From: Cuniculiplasma divulgatum
GTDB taxonomy: Archaea > Thermoplasmatota > Thermoplasmata > Thermoplasmatales > Thermoplasmataceae
Length of the DNA: 32,000 bases
Reading direction: 5' to 3'
Assembly (NCBI RefSeq): GCF_900083515.1
Contig: NZ_LT671858.1
Coordinates: forward strand, 1,110,001 to 1,142,000
Shown piece after piece: positions 1 to 8,357 of this stretch. The first letter of the stretch is position 1; each line of letters starts with the position of its first letter. Position numbers and translations under genes: made by a program. The notes below the pieces were generated by a model. The model searched no databases and was not told the DNA's origin. It worked only from the letters and a program-made list of their open reading frames with translations.

Positions 1-87
1 ATTTTCTTCCTTATTAGGATGCATTTCTTTTGAACATAATAAAAGATAGCCTAATATTTAATAGCATAAATTACATGTTACATCTGA

Positions 88-633
88 ATGGACACTCAGA
101 ATGGAGATAAAGACATTAGGGTGGCTGTAGACAAAAACCAGTCCATACTTAAAAAGATTCAACTTGTAATTCCAGGTTTTAAGGGATACAGGGAAAAGGA
201 AGATATTAGAACAGCGGACGAACTATTGAGATCACAGATAGGAGGAGTTCTTGGAAGAGCTGTAAGTTCATTAACAACCGCACGTCAGAATGCAATAAAT
301 TTTAATAAATTCGGTTCTCTGAACTTTATTGGTAATACAATATCAGTGGTTGAGACATTTCAGGGTGATATAGTTCACGGACAGCAGGGATATTCAGGAT
401 TTGCACCCGCGATTCAGGTAAATACTACAGTTCTTGACAGACTTTATGAATATGACTTTGAATTTGTTTCAAAATGCAAGGAAATTGCGGATACCTGTTC
501 ACAGCTTGAAAATGTGTCTGGGATGCAGGACCCAGACATACTTGCTTCCCTGAACAGAATTTCTGATATGATTAAAGATGCTAAAAGAGCTTGGTCTCAG
601 AGAATAGAAACTGTTGAAGGTATAAAAGAGTGA
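88..633 (+). CDS. Hypothetical soluble, mostly helical protein; first gene of a 3-gene SPFH/zinc-ribbon operon
   Basis: 181-aa ORF with ATG start. A TATA-like AT box (aatatttaat, about 50-60) lies about 30 nt upstream. The stop is 6 nt before the next start. I recognise no enzymatic motif, so only coding status is called. Confidence 0.55.
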   Translation: MDTQNGDKDIRVAVDKNQSILKKIQLVIPGFKGYREKEDIRTADELLRSQIGGVLGRAVSSLTTARQNAINFNKFGSLNFIGNTISVVETFQGDIVHGQQGYSGFAPAIQVNTTVLDRLYEYDFEFVSKCKEIADTCSQLENVSGMQDPDILASLNRISDMIKDAKRAWSQRIETVEGIKE

Positions 634-638
634 TTTAG

Positions 639-1760
639 ATGTTTGGAAAGAAGTCAAAAGATATTCCATATAAGGGAGGAAGCGTATTTGGATCAATAAC
701 AATAGCATGGGAAACCCAATTTAAGGAAGGAAACGCCATGTGGAAGGTTCCAAGATTAATACGTCTTAATGATAACATTGTAGTAAGAGAGGATGAAACT
801 GCTGTTTTTTACAGAGATGGAAAAGTGCTGACTTATTTTGATAAGCCCGGAAGATACGCACTTACAGATTTCAATGCCCCAGTTGTAGGCGATCTCCTGA
901 AATATTTTTCAGGTGTTCAACAACAGGCTGAAGTCTATTATGTACAGAGAAGAATCATGGATGGTAAATATGGTAGTAGCAGCCCTTACCAGTTCATGGA
1001 TGCCGCTTTTGGCATTGTAAATCTAAGAGCATTCGGTGAATACAGATGGAAAATTTCAGATCCTGCATTATTCATAAATCAGTTTGTTGGAACATTTAAT
1101 GTCGATTCAACCACAGACGTAGAATCAAGGTTGAAAGATCAAATAATACTGCTACTTTACAATGCACTTGGAAAGTTAAAGGACACTGGAATGAAAGTGA
1201 CTGATATACCAGCAAATCTCTCAACTATCGAGCAGGCTGTTCTGGGTATGGCGCCTTCAAGCTTTCAGCAATATGGAATTGAGATAGATAAATTACAGGG
1301 AATTAACATATCGCTTCCTGATGAGGTTCAGAAGGCTGTAGACACAAGATCAGAAATGTCAGTTCTTGGTGTTAACTACATACAGTATCAGGCAGGACAA
1401 GCTATGGTTGATGCATCAAAGAATCCCAATGGATTTGCCGGTTTGGGTGCAGGTATGGGAGTTGGAATGGGTGCTGGAGCCGGAGTTGGTTATGCAATGT
1501 CCGGTCCGATGATGGCAAATATGCAAAATGCAAATAACCAAAACGTAAATAACCAGAATGCTGGAACAGCACAGCAGGCTCAAACAAGGACATGCCCAAA
1601 ATGTGGAGCAGCGGTACCCTCAACAAGCAATTTCTGCCCGAATTGCGGAAATGACATGAGAATACAGCAGCCAGCAACAATTAAATGTCCAAAGTGTGGA
1701 TCTGAAATTCCAGCTAATTCAAAGTTCTGCCCAGATTGTGGACAGAAGATAACGGGGTGA
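639..1760 (+). CDS. SPFH/band-7 (stomatin-prohibitin-flotillin) family protein with C-terminal double zinc ribbon (COG4260 / YdjI-like architecture)
   Basis: The N-terminal ~260 aa reads like the COG4260 SPFH family (…IRLNDNIVVREDETAVFYRDGKV…, …AEVYYVQRR…, …LPDEVQKAVD…). It is followed by a G/A/M-rich and N/Q-rich linker. The C-terminus has two zinc ribbons, CPKCG-x10-CPNCG and CPKCG-x10-CPDCG. Confidence 0.75.
   Translation: MFGKKSKDIPYKGGSVFGSITIAWETQFKEGNAMWKVPRLIRLNDNIVVREDETAVFYRDGKVLTYFDKPGRYALTDFNAPVVGDLLKYFSGVQQQAEVYYVQRRIMDGKYGSSSPYQFMDAAFGIVNLRAFGEYRWKISDPALFINQFVGTFNVDSTTDVESRLKDQIILLLYNALGKLKDTGMKVTDIPANLSTIEQAVLGMAPSSFQQYGIEIDKLQGINISLPDEVQKAVDTRSEMSVLGVNYIQYQAGQAMVDASKNPNGFAGLGAGMGVGMGAGAGVGYAMSGPMMANMQNANNQNVNNQNAGTAQQAQTRTCPKCGAAVPSTSNFCPNCGNDMRIQQPATIKCPKCGSEIPANSKFCPDCGQKITG
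1431..1583 (+). repeat. Low-complexity coding tract (Gly/Ala/Met-rich, then Asn/Gln-rich) inside the SPFH gene
   Basis: It translates to GFAGLGAGMGVGMGAGAGVGYAMSGPMMANMQNANNQNVNNQNAGTAQQAQ. This is read directly from the ORF. Confidence 0.6.
1754..1760 (+). promoter_or_regulatory. Shine-Dalgarno-like GGGGTGA overlapping the upstream stop codon, 4 nt before the ATG at 1765
   Basis: GGTGA is complementary to the conserved CACC(U) core near the 3' end of archaeal 16S rRNA. Its position overlapping the stop of the SPFH gene suggests translational coupling. Confidence 0.4.
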
Positions 1761-1764
1761 AAAA

Positions 1765-2796
1765 ATGTATTGTGACAAATGCGGAGCTCAGCTCCCAGAT
1801 GACGCTGTTTTCTGCTCTAAATGCGGAAACAGGGTAGGAACTGCTAGCCAACAGAATGCTGCCGGAAACCAGAATGGACAGCAAAACACAACAGAAGCCA
1901 GAACAGTGATTGCACAGAGTGGCGTCACAGAGCTTAAATGCCCTGGATGTGGCGCACCCATAAAACCCACACAGGGAGAAATGGTTGTGACATGTGAATA
2001 CTGTGGAACCAGCGTTACACTTGGTAATACGGGATGGACAAATGTTTCAAAACATACAATGCTCAATCTTTCAGTCGAGGACACAAATCAGTTACATGAA
2101 ATAATAAAGAAGCATCTTGACAAGGGTCTTCTTGGGAGACACATGTTTGAGGAGTCTAAAGAAGAAGAATTGACTTTGACCTATGTTCCATACTGGATAG
2201 TCCCCACAGGTGCCAATTCAAGTTTTAAATACCTGAATGTTGCTGCTGAGGTTGGAACTCTGGCAATGGATGCCGCCATTATGGGTGTTGCAGATGATGC
2301 AATGGGCGGCCGTGGAGGCGGAATGGGTGGAGGTATGATTGATGGAATGATGATAGGTGGAATGATGAGTGGAGGCATGGGTGGAAACAATGCCATCAGA
2401 GGTGGAACTTTTTCTCAGAACTATCAGTTCCCAGTACTTGCAATTAAAGACAGACCCCATCTACAGCCAGACTCTTATAATTTCAAACTTGAACAGAGAG
2501 TAGATTTCAACAATTCAAAAATAATGAAAAGCATAAAGGTTCTCAATGGAGATATTGACGAGGACACGTCAAAGGAAATGGCGAAGACTCTTGTTTCTCA
2601 GGTTCAGGAAAATATAATTAAGCAAAAACATCATCATCTTGAAGCACTTCAAACCCAATGCGTAACTGGAACACCAGAATTACTTCATGTACCAATATGG
2701 CAGGGCAAATACACACATAAGAAGAGAGAATATTACGTAATCGTAGATGGTTCAGACGGACAGGTAATGAAAACAGATGTTGAAAAACTGAAGTAA
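1765..2796 (+). CDS. Zinc-ribbon protein with internal Gly/Met-rich tract, unknown function (possibly YdjG-like partner of the SPFH protein)
   Basis: 343-aa ORF. There is an N-terminal zinc ribbon (CDKCG-x10-CSKCG), then an N/Q-rich linker, then a second ribbon (CPGCG…CEYCG). A globular part contains a GGRGGGMGGGMIDGMMIGGMMSGGMGGN tract. Confidence 0.7.
   Translation: MYCDKCGAQLPDDAVFCSKCGNRVGTASQQNAAGNQNGQQNTTEARTVIAQSGVTELKCPGCGAPIKPTQGEMVVTCEYCGTSVTLGNTGWTNVSKHTMLNLSVEDTNQLHEIIKKHLDKGLLGRHMFEESKEEELTLTYVPYWIVPTGANSSFKYLNVAAEVGTLAMDAAIMGVADDAMGGRGGGMGGGMIDGMMIGGMMSGGMGGNNAIRGGTFSQNYQFPVLAIKDRPHLQPDSYNFKLEQRVDFNNSKIMKSIKVLNGDIDEDTSKEMAKTLVSQVQENIIKQKHHHLEALQTQCVTGTPELLHVPIWQGKYTHKKREYYVIVDGSDGQVMKTDVEKLK
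2299..2388 (+). repeat. Imperfect tandem ggtgg/aatgatg DNA repeats encoding a Gly/Met-rich tract
   Basis: The DNA reads …ggaatgggtggaggtatgattgatggaatgatgataggtggaatgatgagtggaggcatgggtgga…. The unit ggaatgatga recurs. Confidence 0.55.
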
Positions 2797-2797
2797 T

Positions 2798-3406
2798 TTA
2801 TTTCATAAGAAATTTATCAACTATTTTAAAAAATTTCTCTGTTTGATCCAGGTACACTGGATGACCTGAATTTTCCACTATTTCAATTTCAAAGTTTTTA
2901 TGTTTTCTAATTTCATTCAACATACTGTTATACGGAGCAACGGTATCATTCTGTCCCCACAAGAAAAGGGTTGGTGGTGTGATTTGGTTTAACAGTTTCA
3001 TGTTAAACCATGCAGGTCCCACTACAACTAATCTTAAGACTGAATCTGGAAAGAGAGCTGTGTTCATTATTGCCATACCACCTCCCATTGATGCTCCAAT
3101 TAATGTATACTTATCTATTCCCATAAACTCCATAAATGACTGTGCAAATGATTCGGAATTTTCTATGTCCCCTCTTTCTATTTTGAAATTCGGGTTTTCC
3201 TCGCTCTTTCCAAAACCAGGGTAATCTGGCGCATATACGTTATAACCCATGTTAGAAAAGTGTTCCATTGATCCTATCCTTTCCCAGTCCTTTGAACTAA
3301 ATGAATAACCGTGGAGCATTATGAGATTTTTCTTATTTTCCTCCTTTTTGCTTTCCAGGTAGAATAAATTCCTGCCGTTAAATTTTATATTCTTTTCTTC
3401 AGTCAT
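2798..3406 (-). CDS. Alpha/beta-fold hydrolase (esterase/lipase-type)
   Basis: 202 aa. It has an HG oxyanion motif (IMLHGYSFS), a nucleophile elbow G-A-S-M-G-G, an acid in WGQNDTV and a catalytic His in NSGHPVYLD. Confidence 0.8.
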   Translation of the reverse strand: MTEEKNIKFNGRNLFYLESKKEENKKNLIMLHGYSFSSKDWERIGSMEHFSNMGYNVYAPDYPGFGKSEENPNFKIERGDIENSESFAQSFMEFMGIDKYTLIGASMGGGMAIMNTALFPDSVLRLVVVGPAWFNMKLLNQITPPTLFLWGQNDTVAPYNSMLNEIRKHKNFEIEIVENSGHPVYLDQTEKFFKIVDKFLMK

Positions 3407-3572
3407 ATCAATCTTAATGATATCACTGCACTGAGATTAAATGTTACACAATTTTTAATAAAGTATTGGGAGAGATTTGATGAACGATGAATATGTTAAC
3501 TTATATGACAATTCATCATTGTCAACCTTATAAACTGGAAAAACTTAAAGATTAAACACATAATAAGTACCA

Positions 3573-4880
3573 ATGGAAGTAGTAATTATAGGTGGAGGAG
3601 CTGCTGGAATGTCAGCAGCTTCAAAGGCAAAAAGAACTGCAATTGATTCAAGGGTAACAGTCGTGGAAAATGGAAATTTTGTATCCTATGCCGAATGTGG
3701 TATTCCATATTACCTATCCGATAAGTTTGAAAATTATGAAAATCTTATACATTACCCAATCAAAGAATTTACTGAAAATAGAGGAATTAATGTTATGACT
3801 GGGAAAAAAGTGAAAAGCATTGATTCTAACCAAAAGAAAGTAATTCTTGAAGGTGGAGAAACCCTGAAATTTGATAAACTTGTCATAGCAACTGGTGCAT
3901 CTGCAGTCAGGAGTGAATATGAATCCCTTGGCAATGTTTTTGCCGTCCGAACACTGGATCAGGCAATTGCAATAAAGAAAAATGGTTTAGGAAAGAAAAT
4001 CGCCATAATTGGTGACGGGATTCTTGGAATGGAGCTTGCTTCAGAACTGTCAATTGATGGAAAACAGGTTACACTTGTCTCTAAACATGATAGATTATTT
4101 CCAAAAATGGATGAAAAAGTTACAGAAGATATGATTTCATTCTTTAGTAGAAATGTGAAAGTTATTCTTTCTGAAAAGATTGTAAAAATCAGCAAAATTC
4201 AAAATGGGTTAAAAGTCGAACTTGAACATACAACAATTGAGGTTGATTCTGTATTCTATGCCATTGGTATTGTTCCAAACACGGGTTTCCTTAAGGGATC
4301 TGGAATAAAACTTAGCGAACAGGGACTCATTGAGGTAAACTCCCATATGGAAACAAATGTGGTTGATATTTACGCTGCAGGGGATTGTGCAACGTCTATC
4401 AATAGAATAAGTGGAAAACTGGAGGCTCAACCACTTGCACAGATCGCAAATAAGATGGGAAGGATAGCGGGATCAAATCTTGCTGGAAAGGAGATGGTAT
4501 TTCCTGGAGGATTAGGAACCACTCTAGTAAAGGTGTTTGATTTTGAACTTGGATTTTGTGGGTTAAATGAAGTGGTTGCGAAGAAAGAGGGCTTTGCACC
4601 AGATGTAAAAATAGTGAGGGGAAAGAGTAGAGCAAATTACTATCCTGGAGGCAGCACCCTGACACTAAAGATAGTTTATGATAAGGAAAGCAGACGTCTT
4701 CTTGGAGCTGAGGTATGTTCAATGGATAATGGGGCATGGAGATTGAACACCTTAGAAACTGCCATATATTCAGGAATGACCGTTGATGATTTGTTCTATA
4801 ACGATCTTGGCTATACACCCCCATTCGGTCCTGTCTGGGACCCAATAATTATAGCTGCAAGCTTGACCATGAGGGATTGA
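3573..4880 (+). CDS. FAD-dependent pyridine nucleotide-disulfide oxidoreductase, NADH oxidase / CoA-disulfide reductase family
   Basis: 435 aa. The N-terminal FAD fold is VVIIGGGAAGMSAA. A single redox Cys lies in the SYAECGIPYY motif typical of Nox/Npx/CoADR. There is a second dinucleotide fold (IAIIGDGILGMELA) and an AAGDCA motif. Confidence 0.85.
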   Translation: MEVVIIGGGAAGMSAASKAKRTAIDSRVTVVENGNFVSYAECGIPYYLSDKFENYENLIHYPIKEFTENRGINVMTGKKVKSIDSNQKKVILEGGETLKFDKLVIATGASAVRSEYESLGNVFAVRTLDQAIAIKKNGLGKKIAIIGDGILGMELASELSIDGKQVTLVSKHDRLFPKMDEKVTEDMISFFSRNVKVILSEKIVKISKIQNGLKVELEHTTIEVDSVFYAIGIVPNTGFLKGSGIKLSEQGLIEVNSHMETNVVDIYAAGDCATSINRISGKLEAQPLAQIANKMGRIAGSNLAGKEMVFPGGLGTTLVKVFDFELGFCGLNEVVAKKEGFAPDVKIVRGKSRANYYPGGSTLTLKIVYDKESRRLLGAEVCSMDNGAWRLNTLETAIYSGMTVDDLFYNDLGYTPPFGPVWDPIIIAASLTMRD

Positions 4881-5505
4881 TATCAGAATACCAGTCTTCT
4901 CTCATATTTATTGACAGAAATGGCGAAAAGATACCATGCTTTACTTCAAGTCCAAGTAGGGCGCAGTTGAGAAATGTTCTTGGCTTTGGAACCAAATTGA
5001 GTTTTTGATGAATAATTGACCACATAACACCCCCATGTGTAACGAGTAATATTTTCTCATTATCCTTTGAATTATTCAGTATATTATCCATACACTTTTC
5101 AATTCTCTTGTGAAAGGTTGAACTGCTTTCAACGCCCGGAATGAAATCAATGTTTGGCGTTACTGGAGAAAAATTCATTGAAACGCCAAAATTTCTCATT
5201 ATTCCTTCAGAATCCAACCCTTCGATTCCCCTGAAATTTCTTTCACCTAGACATTCGTCTATTATAATTGGGTATCTTGAATCTTTACCTGTAACCATTT
5301 CTGCAGTGTCAATACATCTTTGGAATGGACTACAGTAAACCCTTTCAGGGTCAATTTTAAAAATCACATCTTTAATAGCCTCAGCCTGCTTCCTGCCATC
5401 TTCGTTTATATGGCTATCCTCTGGACAATACCATAATCCTGCCTTATTGCAGTCTGTTTGTCCATGCCTCAAAATATATATTTTCCCAGTAAAATCATTA
5501 CCCAT
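4849..5505 (-). CDS. Histidine phosphatase superfamily protein (phosphoglycerate mutase-like)
   Basis: 218 aa. It has an N-terminal RHG motif (IYILRHGQTDCN) and a second His in LLVTHGGVM. Its 3' end overlaps the convergent nox-like gene by 32 nt. Confidence 0.8.
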   Translation of the reverse strand: MGNDFTGKIYILRHGQTDCNKAGLWYCPEDSHINEDGRKQAEAIKDVIFKIDPERVYCSPFQRCIDTAEMVTGKDSRYPIIIDECLGERNFRGIEGLDSEGIMRNFGVSMNFSPVTPNIDFIPGVESSSTFHKRIEKCMDNILNNSKDNEKILLVTHGGVMWSIIHQKLNLVPKPRTFLNCALLGLEVKHGIFSPFLSINMREDWYSDINPSWSSLQL

Positions 5506-5558
5506 TCCATTGGCTTAATTCTTGATGTAATAAAATTTTTCCCAATGATATATGGATA

Positions 5559-6719
5559 TTATGTTTTAAACCACGAATATTTCCAGTAAAGTATAATATC
5601 ATAGGCTGCTTTTATACCTCCAGCAGCGAATATTAAAGATGATGGTAACAGGTCAACTGCAAGACCTCCAAGAAGTGGACCAGGTATTTGTGAGGCTGAT
5701 CTGGCAGAGGTAAATCTTGAATTTGCTCCTATTCTGCTTTCTTTTGGTATAAAAGTGTTGATGAAACTATCCCTCGCTGGCACATCCATCTGGCTGGTTG
5801 TCTGGCGCAGGTACAAAAATGCCTCACTCCATAAAAGATTATGAACAACTGGCATGAACAGGAGAAAACCATTACTTATCAGATGAGTAAAAACCATTGT
5901 CCTTATCAACCCGATGCTGTTCTGTATCCTGGATGAAATCAGAATAGATATGGCCGTTAATATATTTACAACCAGGAAGATTGCCCCGGCAGTACTAAGA
6001 TCTACATTATATACAGCCTTGAACCACAGGGTGAGCATTGATGTGGTTATAAGGCCTCCTCCAATGGAATCCATGGAAAATAAAGCAGTCAATATTCGAA
6101 TATGACCCTTCATATCTTCAGATATTTCTGGGCGATCACTTTTCTTATGATATACTGGAAATTCAATCAAAAGATAGAAAAACAGTTGTGTTACAGCTAG
6201 AAGCATATCCATAATAAAAATTTCCTGAAATGTTATGGTGCTCAATATGAATAGAACGAGTGATCCAATTGACGCTGCTCCATAAGAACCAAAATTATAA
6301 ATGGAGAAGGTACGGTTCTTAATTTTTTGGTCAACTTCATAATGACTAATTGTGTATTGTTCTATAGGCTGATAAGCTGAAAGGTCCCTTCCACTTAAGG
6401 ATATACCACCTACTATCACACCTATCACATAGAACACTGGATTGTGAAAAATTATGAGAAGAACAAATCCAATGATCAGAAACGAGGATAACAGGATTGA
6501 TCTCAATTTGAGTGATTTATTAATACGTCCGTATAATATTACAAATATACTGGTAGAGAGAAGACTCAGAAATAATACCAGACCGATCTCTATTGAATTA
6601 TAATGGAAAGAGGCGAGATAATAGGGCGAGCTAACAGCCATCGTAATGAAAATAAATGATCTAAAAGACTTTGTTAGAGTAAGCAGACCGGATTGCCTGT
6701 TCATTTCCCATAAATACAT
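5559..6719 (-). CDS. MFS-type transporter (about 12 TM)
   Basis: 386-aa highly hydrophobic ORF with two 6-helix halves. A motif-A-like loop (GRINKSLKLRS) follows the second TM helix. The substrate is unknown. Confidence 0.7.
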   Translation of the reverse strand: MYLWEMNRQSGLLTLTKSFRSFIFITMAVSSPYYLASFHYNSIEIGLVLFLSLLSTSIFVILYGRINKSLKLRSILLSSFLIIGFVLLIIFHNPVFYVIGVIVGGISLSGRDLSAYQPIEQYTISHYEVDQKIKNRTFSIYNFGSYGAASIGSLVLFILSTITFQEIFIMDMLLAVTQLFFYLLIEFPVYHKKSDRPEISEDMKGHIRILTALFSMDSIGGGLITTSMLTLWFKAVYNVDLSTAGAIFLVVNILTAISILISSRIQNSIGLIRTMVFTHLISNGFLLFMPVVHNLLWSEAFLYLRQTTSQMDVPARDSFINTFIPKESRIGANSRFTSARSASQIPGPLLGGLAVDLLPSSLIFAAGGIKAAYDIILYWKYSWFKT

Positions 6720-6746
6720 CTATCATTAAAAATAGTTTTGAGAGTT

Positions 6747-8168
6747 TTATCTCTTTATGGCTCGATCCTCCTTTCCTCTTGCGAATGAGAATAATGCACC
6801 TACGAGTAATATTGCAAGACACACAAATAGGGCTGATCGTATTCCACCTAATAATGCAGATGAAACAGTTGGACTCAAACCACCATCCAATTCGCTTGTG
6901 CCTGCAAATACCTCATATGCAACATATCTTGAAACGCTGAGACTTGCTATGGATATAGATACTATGAAACTACCCAGCATTCCAATGTTAGACATTGTTC
7001 TCAGGAACCCTGATGATAAACCATAGAGGTCCCGAGGTGAATTAGCCATTACTGCACTGTTGTTAGCAGGGAAAAACAGTGAGGAACCAATTCCTGTGAA
7101 GAATGATCCAATTATAATTATATCCAGTGTTGAATTCACCTTTAAAGTGGAATATATAAGAATTGCCACGCCCATGATAAGAAGACCCGAAGTTGCAGGG
7201 ATCCTCGCTCCTATCCTGTCCGCCAATCTTCCAAACAGTGGACCAAGGATACTCCCTACTACATATCCAGGGAGAAGATACAGTGAGCTAACAAATGGTG
7301 TAAGATCCCTTATTCCCTGAAGATACATTATTAGAAGGAACACAACAGATAGAAAACCAAGACTCTGCAAAAAAGCAGAAATGATTGAATAACTCAAGAC
7401 ACGTATTTTGAAAATTCTGAATGGTATGAGTGGCTTAGAAACATACCTCTCTACGGCTATAAAAGCCAAAAGTACAATTGTACCCACAAGAATGAACATT
7501 TCATTGTAAAATGTTAGACCATTAGAAGTTATATCAACACCTCCATATGCCAGAATTGCCAGAGATGCAGCGAGTAGAGTTGCCCCCGGGATATCGAGTT
7601 TGTTAGGAATTTTCTGCCCCGGATTAATATTCTGTATTGCATAGATGAATGCAAAAATTCCAATTGGGACGTTTATATAGAAAATGTACTGCCAGCCAAT
7701 AAACGTAGTTATAATTCCTCCCAGAACTATCCCAAGCATGGCACCAGAGTTGAATCCGATTGCAGTGTATCCGAAAACTCTGCCCCTCCTCTGTGGTGGA
7801 AAATTATCAGCTACTATTGCTCCACTGTTTGACTGAATCATAGCAGCGCCAAATGCCTGGATTGCCCGGAAACCGATTAATTCATATATAGTGGTAGAGG
7901 CTCCACTCAGTGCAGAACCAATGGTAAAAATTCCAATTCCTGCCGTGAATATTTTTTTTCTAGTAACTATATCACCAAGCCTTCCAAGCTGGGTTGTCCC
8001 TACGGCAATTACAAGCAGATAAATCAGGATGACCCATATTGACAGAGAAAGTTGAGTTTTGAAATATCCGTTTATGGTTGTAAGGGCAAGGAGAACTATG
8101 GTGGAATCAATTGCACCCATTAGCACTCCGATTAGAAGTACAAGTATCAGTTTACTCTCTCTTTCCAT
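6747..8168 (-). CDS. MFS transporter, DHA2 (EmrB/QacA-like, about 14 TM) drug/H+ antiporter family
   Basis: 473 aa. Motif A is GRLGDIVTRKKIF. The motif-C-like sequence GFNSGAMLGIVLGG and the length are typical of 14-TMS DHA2 members. Confidence 0.8.
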   Translation of the reverse strand: MERESKLILVLLIGVLMGAIDSTIVLLALTTINGYFKTQLSLSIWVILIYLLVIAVGTTQLGRLGDIVTRKKIFTAGIGIFTIGSALSGASTTIYELIGFRAIQAFGAAMIQSNSGAIVADNFPPQRRGRVFGYTAIGFNSGAMLGIVLGGIITTFIGWQYIFYINVPIGIFAFIYAIQNINPGQKIPNKLDIPGATLLAASLAILAYGGVDITSNGLTFYNEMFILVGTIVLLAFIAVERYVSKPLIPFRIFKIRVLSYSIISAFLQSLGFLSVVFLLIMYLQGIRDLTPFVSSLYLLPGYVVGSILGPLFGRLADRIGARIPATSGLLIMGVAILIYSTLKVNSTLDIIIIGSFFTGIGSSLFFPANNSAVMANSPRDLYGLSSGFLRTMSNIGMLGSFIVSISIASLSVSRYVAYEVFAGTSELDGGLSPTVSSALLGGIRSALFVCLAILLVGALFSFARGKEDRAIKR

Positions 8169-8357
8169 GGAGGGATATTCTATTTTCGATATTTAACTTA
8201 ATTATAGATAATATTAAAATTTCCCATAAAAACCACCATATATAACGATAAATTGGTATGGTTAGTCAACCTGCAAAACGGTTCAATATTACAAAGTTTA
8301 TTAATCTTGATTATAGGAAATGTTTAATTAGTGGCAATGTAATAATATACTGATAAA

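Noticed and set aside
1-24. Possible minus-strand gene start at the left edge (ATG at 24-22, reading MHPNKEEN… off the window)
   Set aside because: Only 8 codons are visible, which gives no way to support a gene.
88-633. Calling the 181-aa protein a PspA/ESCRT-III homologue, to complete the analogy with pspA-ydjGHI
   Set aside because: The sequence is helical, but I cannot see the long heptad-repeat hairpin or the charge asymmetry typical of PspA/ESCRT-III. It is left as hypothetical pending a profile search.
4399-4845. 148-aa minus-strand ORF inside the nox-like gene. Similar antisense or alternate-frame ORFs include 499-708, 1402-1680, 1788-2084, 2181-2460, 2979-3224, 9929-10231, 13185-13630, 15006-15251, 16260-17386, 19135-19437, 22492-23108, 24460-25051, 27345-27932, 28980-29520 and 30666-31508.
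   Set aside because: All lie within, and antisense to or out of frame with, long ORFs that carry clear family motifs. Their translations are low-complexity or Ser/Leu/Pro-rich shadow sequence with no motifs. They are treated as non-coding frame shadows.
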